Below, piece after piece: positions 26,202 to 36,600 of a stretch of DNA of 64,000 nt. The notes beneath the pieces were generated by a model. The model was not told the origin of the DNA. It did no database searches and saw only the letters and a list, made by a program, of their open reading frames with translations. Origin of the DNA: Bacteroidales bacterium (lineage in GTDB: Bacteria; Bacteroidota; Bacteroidia; Bacteroidales; ML635J-15); NCBI GenBank assembly GCA_017651185.1, contig JAGCDJ010000031.1, positions 4,631-68,630 on the forward strand. The letters run 5' to 3'. How positions within the stretch are numbered: position 1 is the stretch's first letter; each line of letters begins with the position of its first letter. Made by a program: the position numbers and the translations under genes.

Positions 26202-26242
26202 CGGAAAATTAATTAACTAATATTTATTTTAACTTTATAGAG

Positions 26243-27175
26243 ATGAAAAAGATTTTATTGATTTCAGCGATTGCATTGATGGCAGTTGCATTTGTATCGT
26301 GCAAGAAGGATGGCGTTTACAATCCTAAGCACAAAATCGCAAAGGTTTCTGAGGAGTGGACTAGAACTTCAGCTACAACTGATGCTAGCGGCACAGTAAC
26401 CCACACGGTAACCAGGAATCCTTATGTAGCAGAAGAATGGACTTGGTCTGACAAGACATTGGCGAGCATAACTTACAAGAATTTTGAAGGTAAAGTCTAT
26501 GAAATTGTAAAGTACACATACGATGACAAGAATAGAATCATCGGAAGTACAAACGCTGATGGTGATGAAAAGGCGGAATATGTTTATAACGACGATAAGA
26601 AGTTGCAGAGCATTAAAATTACTAACGGTACACACAATGAAGTTGTTATGGAAATTGCATACGACGGAAAAGTTCCGACAACGATTACAACTACAGTTAA
26701 TTACACACTCAAGAATTTGTCTAAATTCGCAAAGAGCGTAATACCTAGTTATATTTACAATGCAATTGAAGCAGACGAAGTTAGTGCAAAGGCAGCTACT
26801 GTTACTCATAAATATACTTCAGCAATCGAATGGGATGGCAAGAATATTATTGAGGTTGTTACTACTGGCGACGATAACTACAAGCACATTGTTAAATACG
26901 AATATGATGGCAAGTTAAATCCTAATACTGGAATGTATGCTAATATGGACAATGATATATATAATGAGTATGGTGCTATTTATTCGAAGAATAATGTTAT
27001 CAAGAGAACCGAAACTTATTCCAACGGAACAACTACGGAAGAAAAATATGAGTATCAGTATGACGGCAAGATGCCAATTAAGGTAATTTATACCGATGTG
27101 GATGAATATGAAATATTGGGAACAAAATACAATGATACCACTGTATATACAACAACTTACGAATACACAAAGTAA
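26243..27175 (+). CDS. Lipoprotein with degenerate YD-like repeats
   Basis: Lipobox AFVSC. Recurrent Y.YD..K(L/I/V) strands (YTYDDKNRIIG, YVYNDDKKLQSI, IAYDGKVPT, YEYDGKLNP, YQYDGKMPIKV). Confidence 0.7.
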   Translation: MKKILLISAIALMAVAFVSCKKDGVYNPKHKIAKVSEEWTRTSATTDASGTVTHTVTRNPYVAEEWTWSDKTLASITYKNFEGKVYEIVKYTYDDKNRIIGSTNADGDEKAEYVYNDDKKLQSIKITNGTHNEVVMEIAYDGKVPTTITTTVNYTLKNLSKFAKSVIPSYIYNAIEADEVSAKAATVTHKYTSAIEWDGKNIIEVVTTGDDNYKHIVKYEYDGKLNPNTGMYANMDNDIYNEYGAIYSKNNVIKRTETYSNGTTTEEKYEYQYDGKMPIKVIYTDVDEYEILGTKYNDTTVYTTTYEYTK

Positions 27176-27197
27176 TAAATTAGTTTAATGTTTATAA

Positions 27198-27229
27198 GGG
27201 GTTTCATCGGACAGATGAAACCCTTTTTT
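27198..27229 (+). terminator. Rho-independent terminator
   Basis: GGGGTTTCATC-loop-GATGAAACCC followed by T6. Confidence 0.8.
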
Positions 27230-27303
27230 CTTGATGGCGGAAGAAAAATTAATTTTTGTTGAAAAATATAAATGAGAACTTGTTTCTCGTCGAGAGAAAT
27301 TAT

Positions 27304-27311
27304 TATCTTTG
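27304..27311 (+). promoter_or_regulatory. -7 promoter box (TATCTTTG) for lipoprotein gene 2
   Basis: Exact TAnnTTTG, 18-24 nt upstream of ATG 27330/27336. It overlaps the TTG used by the ORF track, so that start is unlikely. Confidence 0.45.
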
Positions 27312-27335
27312 CCCTTTAATCTAAAATTTATGCGT

Positions 27336-28298
27336 ATGAAAAGAATATTGATAGCAGCATTGGTATTGTCGAGTTTGGCTTTTTTCGTGTCATGCCAGAA
27401 GAGTGGTGTGTATATGCCAAAGAATAAGATTAGCAAGGTTTGGTACGAGGCAGAACATCTTTTTGTAAATTTGTTTGATAGCACCGAATACCGTAGTAGT
27501 ACAGCGAAGTATCAGCGCGAAGGATGGACATGGAATGGAAAGTTCCTAGGTGAAAGAACGCTATTCAGGGCAAACGGAGATATTCGCATGAACTATGTTT
27601 ACGAATACAACAAAAAGAATAAGGTTATCGGTATTACATCGAATTTGCCTTCGGAAAAGAAGACTCGCATACGTTTTGTATATGATGATGATACGAAGTT
27701 GCTGAAGGAGATCAGATACTTCACGGAAGCATTCCCCGAAAATGACTCTCCTTATAAGAAACTTGAATTCACATACGACGGAAAGGTATTGGCGTCGGTT
27801 AAGGAGACCATTAAAGGTATTTCTCCAAAAAGTTGTTCCGAGGACGATGGTTCGTTGCTGTCGTTATTGGTTTCTGAAGAAATGGCAGAGAGCATAGTCG
27901 CCAATGAAATCCGTTCTAAAGCAGCAGGTGATCAGATAAATGAATACGTATTCGAATGGAGCAAGGATAATATTTCGACTGTAAAGATTACCACCACGAT
28001 TGGAAACATATCATCGGAAAAAAAGATTTCTTACACTTATGACAACAAAAAGAATCCGCAGATTGGCCGTGTGATGGGATATGTTGAAGATGGCGGCATT
28101 GATTATGTTATATGCTCAAAGAACAATCCTGTTACATGCAAATACGAAGGAGCTGACGGAAATGAGATTTACAGCGAAGAAATCCAGTATACTTACGACG
28201 GAAAAGTACCGACTGAAAAGATTGTAAAACGTACGGAAAAGACGGCATCTTCAATGAGCGTAACAGAAGAAAAGATTACCTACGAATACGAGGACTAA
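27336..28298 (+). CDS. Lipoprotein with degenerate YD-like repeats (paralog of 26243-27175)
   Basis: MKRILIAALVLSSLAFFVSC lipobox. YVYEYNKKNKVIG, FVYDDDTKLLKEI, FTYDGKVLASV, YTYDNKKNPQIG, YTYDGKVPTEKI occur in the same order of motifs as in the upstream gene. Confidence 0.7.
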   Translation: MKRILIAALVLSSLAFFVSCQKSGVYMPKNKISKVWYEAEHLFVNLFDSTEYRSSTAKYQREGWTWNGKFLGERTLFRANGDIRMNYVYEYNKKNKVIGITSNLPSEKKTRIRFVYDDDTKLLKEIRYFTEAFPENDSPYKKLEFTYDGKVLASVKETIKGISPKSCSEDDGSLLSLLVSEEMAESIVANEIRSKAAGDQINEYVFEWSKDNISTVKITTTIGNISSEKKISYTYDNKKNPQIGRVMGYVEDGGIDYVICSKNNPVTCKYEGADGNEIYSEEIQYTYDGKVPTEKIVKRTEKTASSMSVTEEKITYEYED

Positions 28299-28319
28299 TA
28301 TATTCAAGATGAAGATAAA

Positions 28320-28341
28320 GGGCGCAGGTCGCCCTTTTTTT
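28320..28341 (+). terminator. Rho-independent terminator
   Basis: GGGCG-CAGGT-CGCCC followed by T7. It lies inside the ORF-track extension of the next gene. Confidence 0.75.
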
Positions 28342-28374
28342 GTGTCTTTATATTGCGGGTATTCTTTTTTGTTT

Positions 28375-28382
28375 TATTTTTG
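28375..28382 (+). promoter_or_regulatory. -7 promoter box (TATTTTTG) for lipoprotein gene 3
   Basis: Exact TAnnTTTG, 22 nt upstream of ATG 28405. Confidence 0.45.
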
Positions 28383-28404
28383 CAGTTGGATTAGAGTTTT
28401 GACA

Positions 28405-29481
28405 ATGATTAGGAATATATTGATTATAGGAATCTTGTGCGGACTATTTGCTTTTGTTTCGTGCAAGTCTGATTTTGAGGTTAACGACAAATGGCGTGAT
28501 GCTCCGGCTATTTTCTGTGTTCTCGACAAGTCGCAGAATATGCAGTATGTCAAGGTGAACAAGTGCTTTATAGGTAATATTCCTGCCTCGGAAATGGCGT
28601 CGGTGTCGGATTCGTTGTTCTACGACTGCGATGTGCAGGTAAAACTCAAAAGAATGCAGGGAAACTCTGTCCTGAAGACATGGAATTTCCGTGCGGTAGA
28701 TAGCATTCCAAAGGAGAGCGGATATTTTGCAAGCGACAAAAATACCATTTGGGTTGGCACACCTGACCTTGCCGACGGTTATACATACGAACTTGAGGTG
28801 AATATTGACGACGGAAGGATTATTGCAAAGGGAAGTACAGGGCTGGTGGACGGCTGCAGGATAACTGCGCCCGCCGAGAATGCGCCTAAGATTGACCTTG
28901 CAAGGTATAACAACGATTTCGGTATTAAGTATGTTCCTGGCAATAATGCTAATCTTCAGGAAGTCAACGTGTATTTTAACTACCTTGAAATTATGGCTAG
29001 CGGAGATACTGTGCCAAAGTCTGTCAGAATTTACAATAATCAGTCGTATAGGGTTTCGTCAGATTCTTATTCTACAGTTGAGCAGTCGTTTTCGGTGGCA
29101 TCGTTCTACAGTGCCTTGGCTGCGCAGATAAGTGCCTCGGACGAGTCGGTGGTGAAACGACTTGTCAGAATGCCCGATTGCATGACTTTCAGCGTGTCTA
29201 CTGCAGACGAAAACCTGTATACATATATGCAGGTAACCAAACCTTCGAACGGAATTGCGCAGGACAGGCCGATATTTACAAACATTTATGTTGATGAAAG
29301 TTCGAAGATGCCTGGTGGTGAGGCATACGGACTTATTGCCTCGCGGAGTACCGTTTCGCGTTCGAAGGCACTAGGTTCCGAGACGCTTGACTCTATTTCG
29401 CGCGGAATTCACACCAAAAACCTTAAGTTCCCACCCTGGACAGACAATTACTACATTACGCATAAGCCGTACAACAAATAG
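28405..29481 (+). CDS. Hypothetical lipoprotein
   Basis: MIRNILIIGILCGLFAFVSC lipobox. No domain recognised with confidence. Start moved to 28405 because a terminator and a promoter occupy 28320-28382. Confidence 0.65.
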   Translation: MIRNILIIGILCGLFAFVSCKSDFEVNDKWRDAPAIFCVLDKSQNMQYVKVNKCFIGNIPASEMASVSDSLFYDCDVQVKLKRMQGNSVLKTWNFRAVDSIPKESGYFASDKNTIWVGTPDLADGYTYELEVNIDDGRIIAKGSTGLVDGCRITAPAENAPKIDLARYNNDFGIKYVPGNNANLQEVNVYFNYLEIMASGDTVPKSVRIYNNQSYRVSSDSYSTVEQSFSVASFYSALAAQISASDESVVKRLVRMPDCMTFSVSTADENLYTYMQVTKPSNGIAQDRPIFTNIYVDESSKMPGGEAYGLIASRSTVSRSKALGSETLDSISRGIHTKNLKFPPWTDNYYITHKPYNK

Positions 29482-29674
29482 AATCGTCCTTCGGGATTTG
29501 TACTCCAGAAGGCAAGAATATAAGGATATTCTATCCGCACTAAAACCTCGCTTCTGCTTATTTGTGCATGTCGTTAAATCCTCCATAATTTTGAGGGGGA
29601 ATTAATAACAATCGCAGTCGTATTTTAGAGCATAAATATTTGTTCTCCATGTTTTATATTTCTAAAAGTTTTCG

Positions 29675-29682
29675 TAACTTTG
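29675..29682 (+). promoter_or_regulatory. -7 promoter box (TAACTTTG) for tmk
   Basis: Exact TAnnTTTG, 24 nt upstream of ATG 29707. Confidence 0.45.
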
Positions 29683-29706
29683 GCATTTTAATGTCGGAGG
29701 AACGAA

Positions 29707-30393
29707 ATGGCTTTTATTGTGATAGAAGGTCTTGACGGAGCAGGCAAGTCAACACAGGTGGATTTGCTGTCAAGATATTTGCAATCAGAAGGTAAGAATG
29801 TAGAATACGTGCATTTCCCTACTGGTGATTCCGAAATATTTGGCGATATGATAAACCGTTTCCTGCGTGGCGAATTCGGTGGAATCGGCGATGTGAACCC
29901 TTATCTTGTTTCCTTGCTTTTCGCTGGCGACCGCTACAATATGGCGCCGAAGATTAACGCATGGCTCGCCGAAGGCAAATTTGTTATAAATGACCGCTAT
30001 GTATACTCAAACATCGGGTTCCAGTGCGCAAAAATTGGCGACGAGGACGAGAAACGGAAACTTTTCGATTGGATTTTCAATCTGGAATTCAACTACTTCA
30101 AGATTCCGCGTCCCGACCTTAACATTTTCCTCGATGTGCCGTTTTCGTTTACCGAAAGACGTCTTGCCGAAAACCGCACCGGCAAGGACCGCGAGTACCT
30201 CAACGGCAAGACCGACATCCACGAGGCCGACCTTAATTTTCAGAAACGGGTGAGGGAGACGTATCTAAGGGCTGCCGAAACCGACGACCGTCTGGTTAGG
30301 ATTGACTGTTCGGATAACGGCGAAATGCTGCCTCCCGAAAAAATTTCGGAAAAGGTGATTTGTGAACTGCGAAAACATAACTTTGTGAAATAA
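29707..30393 (+). CDS. tmk: Thymidylate (dTMP) kinase family protein
   Basis: N-terminal P-loop FIVIEGLDGAGKSTQ, DRY motif (INDRYVYSN) and a lid-like region. Confidence 0.78.
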   Translation: MAFIVIEGLDGAGKSTQVDLLSRYLQSEGKNVEYVHFPTGDSEIFGDMINRFLRGEFGGIGDVNPYLVSLLFAGDRYNMAPKINAWLAEGKFVINDRYVYSNIGFQCAKIGDEDEKRKLFDWIFNLEFNYFKIPRPDLNIFLDVPFSFTERRLAENRTGKDREYLNGKTDIHEADLNFQKRVRETYLRAAETDDRLVRIDCSDNGEMLPPEKISEKVICELRKHNFVK

Positions 30394-30411
30394 AATAAAA
30401 ATAGTTGATAT

Positions 30412-31947
30412 ATGATGAAGATTTTAAGGACGTTATTCAGGTGGATTGTCGGAGCCACATTTATATTTTCCGGCTTCGTTAAAGTAATCGACCCGCTGGG
30501 ATATGGATACAAGATTGCCGATTATCTTGAGGCAATGCATCTGTCGTCGATTGACGGCATTGCGCTGCCAATGGCAATAATATTTGCAGTGCTGGAATTG
30601 GTGATTGGCTTCTCGTTGTTTTTCAATCAGTTGCCGAAACTTGGCGCTTTGGGTGCTTTGCTCATGATGGTATTCTTCACTCCGCTGACATTGTGGCTGG
30701 CAATTGCAAATCCTGTGTCGGATTGCGGTTGCTTCGGCGATGCGCTTGTGATTACCAACTGGCAGACGTTTTTCAAGAACTTGGTGCTATTGGCAATGGC
30801 AATTCTGCTTTTTGCCCAGCGCAAGAAGTTTAAACCTGCATTTTTCCCTGCTGTCCAGTGGATAATAATGTTAATCGTGGGATTTGCATCTCTCGGACTT
30901 TCGATTTTCTGCCTTAAAACCCTGCCTATCATCGATTTCCGTCCCTATCATATCGGTGCTAACATAGCAGAGGGCATGGTTGTTCCCGAGAATGCACCAA
31001 AACCTGTTATTGAAAGTGTTTTTATCTATGAAAAGGATGGAAAGCAACAGGAGTTTTCTGTTGACAATTTGCCAGATGAATCATGGAAATTTGTTGATGC
31101 AAAGCACAATGTAATTGACCCAGGTTATGTTCCTCCGATTCACGACTTTACAATGACGAAACCTGTTCCTGCCGAGAGTGGGGTCGAAGTGGACCTCGAT
31201 GGCGTTGAACTTGTTTACAAAAACGAAGATGGCGAGCAGATGTACGCCGATGTGTCGTCGGTTCCCGATGCTTCGTGGAAGTTTGAAAAGTATATATGCG
31301 AGGAGTGCGAAGAAGACATTGATGTGTCGAAAATAAGGATAACCTATAGCGATGCCGATGGCAAGATCGTTGAACTCGGAGTCGATGAAGCACCAGAGGA
31401 CTTGGAGTTTGTGGAAGCAGTATATGCCGACGAAGCCGTAGAAACCGACATTTCTCCGCGTGTACTTGCCGACGAAAGGTATTCGTTCCTTATGATTGCA
31501 TTGCGCCTCGAGGACATGGATGCCGAACATCTTGCTGAGTTTGATTCGATTGCAGAATTTGCAGCATCAAACAATATGGGATTCTATTGCATGACTTCGT
31601 CGAATGCCGAGGCAATTGCAAGTTTTACCGAGACACACCCCGTAAATTACGGTTTCTACAATACCGATCCGATAACGCTGAAGACAATAGTTCGTTCAAA
31701 TCCAGGACTGTTGCTCATTCGCAAGGGTACGGTAATCGACAAGTGGCACGACGGAAATCTGCCGAAGGTTGAGAACCTGAAGAACGAACTTACTGGCACA
31801 ATGCTTACAGCGCAGCACAATCAGCGCGACAGACTGCTCTATATAGTCTGGATATTGTCGGCATTCCTGGTAATGGCAGTAATTAAGATAATTTACAACT
31901 GGTTAGTGAAAAACAGATATATTAACGATAAAAACGATTTGATATGA
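30412..31947 (+). CDS. DoxX/MauE-type membrane protein fused to a large extracytoplasmic domain and a C-terminal anchor
   Basis: Four N-terminal transmembrane helices with the SDCGCFGD motif. Internal duplication (LPDESWKFV / VPDASWKFE). A thioredoxin-fold-like tail without CxxC. C-terminal helix LLYIVWILSAFLVMAVIKII. The stop overlaps the tpiA start (ATGA). Confidence 0.65.
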   Translation: MMKILRTLFRWIVGATFIFSGFVKVIDPLGYGYKIADYLEAMHLSSIDGIALPMAIIFAVLELVIGFSLFFNQLPKLGALGALLMMVFFTPLTLWLAIANPVSDCGCFGDALVITNWQTFFKNLVLLAMAILLFAQRKKFKPAFFPAVQWIIMLIVGFASLGLSIFCLKTLPIIDFRPYHIGANIAEGMVVPENAPKPVIESVFIYEKDGKQQEFSVDNLPDESWKFVDAKHNVIDPGYVPPIHDFTMTKPVPAESGVEVDLDGVELVYKNEDGEQMYADVSSVPDASWKFEKYICEECEEDIDVSKIRITYSDADGKIVELGVDEAPEDLEFVEAVYADEAVETDISPRVLADERYSFLMIALRLEDMDAEHLAEFDSIAEFAASNNMGFYCMTSSNAEAIASFTETHPVNYGFYNTDPITLKTIVRSNPGLLLIRKGTVIDKWHDGNLPKVENLKNELTGTMLTAQHNQRDRLLYIVWILSAFLVMAVIKIIYNWLVKNRYINDKNDLI

Positions 31948-32705
31948 GAAAGAAAATTGTTGCAGGAAACTGGAAAATGAACACTCTGGTAAGTCAGGGC
32001 AAGGCGTTGGCTGAGGAGTTGAACGCATTCATGAAAACATACGAAATGCCGGAGAACAAGACGGTGATTATCGGAACTCCGTTTACACATCTGTCGACGT
32101 GCGTTGCTGCCGTAGATACAAAGAAGATACATGTTTCGGCACAGAATTGCTCGCAGTTCGAGAAGGGCGCTTATACGGGCGAGGTTGCAGCAAACATGAT
32201 CAAGGACTTGGGTGTAGAGTACACAATAATAGGACATAGCGAGCGCCGTCAGTATTTTGGCGACACCGATGAGGTTATTGCAACTAAACTTGACCAGTGC
32301 TATGCAAACGGCTTGAAACCTATACTTTGCTGTGGTGAGAAACTGGAAGAGCGTGAGGCAGGCAAGCATTTCGAGGTCATCGAGTCGCAGTTGCGCAATG
32401 CTTTGAAGAATGTATCGGCAGACAATTTCAAGAATACAGTTGTTGCCTACGAACCAGTTTGGGCAATTGGAACAGGCAAGACCGCCACACCCGAACAGGC
32501 AGAGGAAATACATGCTTTCATCCGCGGATTGATTGCAAAACTTTACAATGCACAGATTGCCGACGACACCACAATCCTCTATGGTGGTAGTGTAAATGCT
32601 GGCAATGCTGCAAACCTGTTTGCTCAACCCGACATCGACGGCGGACTGGTCGGCGGTGCATCGCTCAAGGCAAATGATTTCATTAGCATTATAAAGGCGA
32701 TTTAA
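31944..32705 (+). CDS. tpiA: Triosephosphate isomerase
   Basis: AGNWKMN, IIGHSERR, AYEPVWAIGTGKTAT and GGASL motifs. Confidence 0.95.
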   Translation: MRKKIVAGNWKMNTLVSQGKALAEELNAFMKTYEMPENKTVIIGTPFTHLSTCVAAVDTKKIHVSAQNCSQFEKGAYTGEVAANMIKDLGVEYTIIGHSERRQYFGDTDEVIATKLDQCYANGLKPILCCGEKLEEREAGKHFEVIESQLRNALKNVSADNFKNTVVAYEPVWAIGTGKTATPEQAEEIHAFIRGLIAKLYNAQIADDTTILYGGSVNAGNAANLFAQPDIDGGLVGGASLKANDFISIIKAI

Positions 32706-32714
32706 CTTTGATAC

Positions 32715-32747
32715 GGCGATGGAGGTTTTCTTCCATCGCCTTTTTTT
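32715..32747 (+). terminator. Rho-independent terminator after tpiA
   Basis: GGCGATGGA-8 nt loop-TCCATCGCC followed by T7. Confidence 0.8.
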
Positions 32748-32773
32748 ATGCAATACGAAAATAAGAAGTGAAT

Positions 32774-33601
32774 ATGAACTATTTGGAACTTTCGATTGAT
32801 ATACCGCGAAGCAATCCTGCTCTTTCCGACATTCTGGTGGCATTTCTTGCCGAACAGAACTTCGACAGTTTCAGCGAGGAAGGAGGCAAACTTCTGGCTT
32901 ACGTTGAGGAGTCAAAATATAGCAAGTCGGATGTCGATGAGATTCTCAACCAATTTGGAGTAACAGCGTCGGTAAAGGTGATTCCTCAGGAAAACTGGAA
33001 CCGTCAGTGGGAAGAGAACTTCTCTCCGATTGTGGTTGATGAAAACCTTGCAATAAAGGCGCCATTCCACGACGAGACATTTGATACCAAACACACAATT
33101 GTCATAGAACCCAAGATGTCGTTTGGTACAGGGCACCACGCTACAACGTCGATGATGTGTCGCCTTATAGCCGAACTCGACCTTAAGGGTAAGGTCGGAC
33201 TTGATATGGGTTGCGGAACGGGAATCCTTGCAATATACGCGTCAATTCTTGGTGCTTCGAAGATATATGCCATAGATATTGACGAATGGGCATACGAGAA
33301 TACCGTTGAGAATGCCGAGCGTAATGGAGTTTCAAATATTGTGGCATCGCAGGGCGATATGGAGGACATTCCGGATGTGGAATACGACTTCGTTTTTGCC
33401 AATATCAACCTTAACATATTGAAACGGCAGATACCGACCTATGCTGCTCACATGAAAAATGATGCCGTCCTTCTGTTGAGCGGATTTTTCCTCACGGAAA
33501 TCGACCAGATAAAGGAAGTTTGTTCTTCGTGCGGACTGCCTTTCGAGAAGTGCATATCGTCGGAAGAGTGGACGGCTTGTGTTTTCAAAATGAAAAAATG
33601 A
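32774..33601 (+). CDS. prmA: Ribosomal protein L11 methyltransferase
   Basis: FGTGHHATT and the SAM motif DMGCGTGILAIYA. 275 aa counted from ATG 32774. Confidence 0.88.
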   Translation: MNYLELSIDIPRSNPALSDILVAFLAEQNFDSFSEEGGKLLAYVEESKYSKSDVDEILNQFGVTASVKVIPQENWNRQWEENFSPIVVDENLAIKAPFHDETFDTKHTIVIEPKMSFGTGHHATTSMMCRLIAELDLKGKVGLDMGCGTGILAIYASILGASKIYAIDIDEWAYENTVENAERNGVSNIVASQGDMEDIPDVEYDFVFANINLNILKRQIPTYAAHMKNDAVLLLSGFFLTEIDQIKEVCSSCGLPFEKCISSEEWTACVFKMKK

Positions 33602-33605
33602 TAGT

Positions 33606-36600
33606 ATGAAAAGAATTTTTGCCATACTGGTACTATGTGTCGCTTCTGTTGCTGCATTTGCGCAGTTTACGTTGGAGCCGAGCAAGTTCGGTAAGGAATT
33701 CGCCCAACAGCTTTCGTTTACGGGCGACATCAGGAAGGACGGTGCAAGCATGCAGAAGGAATTTCTTGCATTCTGGCAGTCCGACACGCTGACATCGCAG
33801 CAGCGCGAATTTTTCATAAGGACTATAAACAAGTTGCAGTCAAAAGGTTGCAAACCGTATCCCGATTTTGTGAGTTACACCGATGTGCTGATGTCATTCA
33901 AGCGCAGGGGTTATGACTACGGGCAGTTTGAACTTTTCGAGAAGGCTGTACTTGCAATGGTTGATGCTGGAAGACGGGTTCGTGTAAACGAACTGTCGGA
34001 GTTCTTGCAGAATTTCAACGTTTTACTTCGTAAGAATGTGGTTGCCAACAACGCAAGGACTAAGTGGACGGTCAATAAACTGGATTTCTTGATTACATAC
34101 GAAAACGAAAAATTCCTTATAAAGTTTGACAATATTGACTTGATTGGATATCAGGACAGGGATAGTTTGAAATTGTATTCTACAAGTGGTATTCTAAATC
34201 CTATAGCAAAGACATGGGAAGGCAAAGGTGGAAAACTCGGATGGGAGCGCGTAGGTTATCCTCTCGACAGCATGAGCGTCTCGCTGAAAGACTACAACCT
34301 TAACATGACAGACATTATGATTAAGGCCGACAGCGTGGTGTTCAGCAACAAGTATTATTTTACGCAGGACCTTATGGGCGACCTTCTCGACAAGGCACAG
34401 AACGGTGAAAAACCTTACAAGTCTACATATCCGCGCTTTACAAGTTATTCGCAGGACTTCGATATAAAGGACATTGTAAAGGATGTGGACTATCGTGGAG
34501 GACTTTCGGTTAGGGGTCGTAACTTTATAGGCAGCGGTACCGACGATGCAAAGGCCGAAATAAGGATTGTCAAGAACGACAGCGTATCGTTCAGCGCATA
34601 CGCCAGCGCATTTGTCTTTGACCCCGAAAAAATTGCAGCAGATAACTGCGAAATAGTGTTGAGACTTGCTCAGGATTCGATATATCACCCGTCGGTAAGT
34701 ATAAGGTACACATTGGTTAAGAGAAAGTTTGAAAAGGAAACTGAACAAACTAAAGGCCGTAACAGGAAGGCGGAAAAGCAATACGACTACAAGGAAAATG
34801 GATTCCTTGAGGTTATCAGGGTTAAGGAAGGACTTTCGAACATAAATTTCGTTGACACCTACCATCAACTTTCTATGGATTTTACTTCGATGAAGTGGGT
34901 GATTGACAAGCCAATAATTGACATTTCTACCATAAATACTCAGGGAACGCCAAGCGAAGTGCTTTTTGAGTCGGCGGATTACTATACTTATGAAAAGTAC
35001 AAGTCGTTGAAAAAGCACGATGCCCGCAATCCTCTTGAAGTCATTGCTTCCGTTGTGAGCTACGTAGGTGGTTATCCCGAATTTACGCTTGCCGATGTCG
35101 TCAACTATATGAAGGTTGACCGCGACCAGGCGTTGCAATTGGTATTTGCTCTTACCTATAAGGGATATATTTCTTACGACCAGCAAACTGAGAAAATCAA
35201 GGTTCATGATGAGACTTGGCGTTTCCTTGCTGCACACAAGGGCGATGCCGATTCCGATGTGATTAAGTTCTATAGTATCGTGAAGTCTGCAGAAGGTGTT
35301 TCGGTCGACAAGGAAACCAAGCAGGTTGTAAATAGTGCGCTAGGTAATGATACTGCATCGAATGCAAAGTTGAGCTTGACGAATTTTGAGTTGAAAATGT
35401 CTGGCGTTCCAAGCGTACACCTTTCCGATTCGCAGAACGTAACCGTGTATCCGAAGGACGGAAAACTTGTAATACAGAAGAACAGGAACTTCATGTTTGA
35501 CGGATTGCTTCAGGCGGGTCAATTCTATATGTACGGCAAGGGATTTAAGTTCGATTATGGTTTGTTCAAGATTGACGTTCCCAACTGCGATTCCATGAAG
35601 ATGGTGGCATTGACTACGCCAGACATGAACTTCCTGGATGCAACAGGACAACCAAAACCTGCAATCGTAAGAAACAAAATTGAGGAACTGTCTGGTGAAT
35701 TCTATATAGACTATCCGAACAACAAGTCTGGTTATGCCGACTATAAGGAGTATCCTAAGTTGGTATCCACAAAGGATTCGTATGTGTATTACGACAGTCC
35801 GAAGGTTTACAACGGAATATACGACAGGAAAACATTTTATTTCAAGGTTGACCCATTTACGCTTGACAGCATAGAGGGCTACAATAAGGATAACATACAT
35901 TTCGACGGAGTACTTGTCAGCGGTGGCATAATCCCCGATCTCAATGAAACACTCGTGGTGCGTAAGAGCGACTGGTCGTTGGGTTTCGAATACAAGACTC
36001 CCGCATCTGGAATTCCTATATATAACGGAAAGGCAACATTTAAGAATTATTTGGATTTGAGTAACAAGGGTTTGCGTGCCAATGGTACACTCGCATATTT
36101 GAATACAACATTCAGCGATGCTTATGTTACCTTGTTCCCCGACGAGATGGAGGGTCATTCCAAGAAAATGCTGATGGAACCGAAATCGTCGCCAATAGAG
36201 TTCCCAAAGGTCGAAGGTATGGAGAATACTTTGCAGTGGAAGGTTAGTGCCGACAAGTTCCATGTCGATAAAGATACGAGCGACTTTGTTATGTACGACG
36301 GAAAGGCGCATCTAGACGGAAACCTTGTCATTACGTCGCAGGGACTGCACGGCGAGGGGACAACATATATCGAAAAGGCATTGCTGGAATCTAAAGACTT
36401 TTTGTATAACAAGGAGACGTTTGATGCCGATACCGCCGACTTCAGCATATATTCTAACAGCATAGCCGACATTGATTTTAGAGGTTGGCGTCAGAAGTCG
36501 CACATTGATTTCGTGAAGAGGCAGGGCGATTTCTCGTCAAACGATACGTTGGCACCGCAAGATTTCCCCAAGAACAAGTATAAATGTACGTCGGATAGGA

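Noticed and set aside
28309-28404. The third lipoprotein has an N-terminal extension in the ORF-track call. There are similar extensions at 8799-8849, 21723-21797, 51517-51537, 1589-1657 and 24913-24942.
   Set aside because: The extensions contain a terminator and/or the exact -7 promoter box of the same gene, and they precede a much better signal-peptide or conserved N-terminus at an internal ATG.
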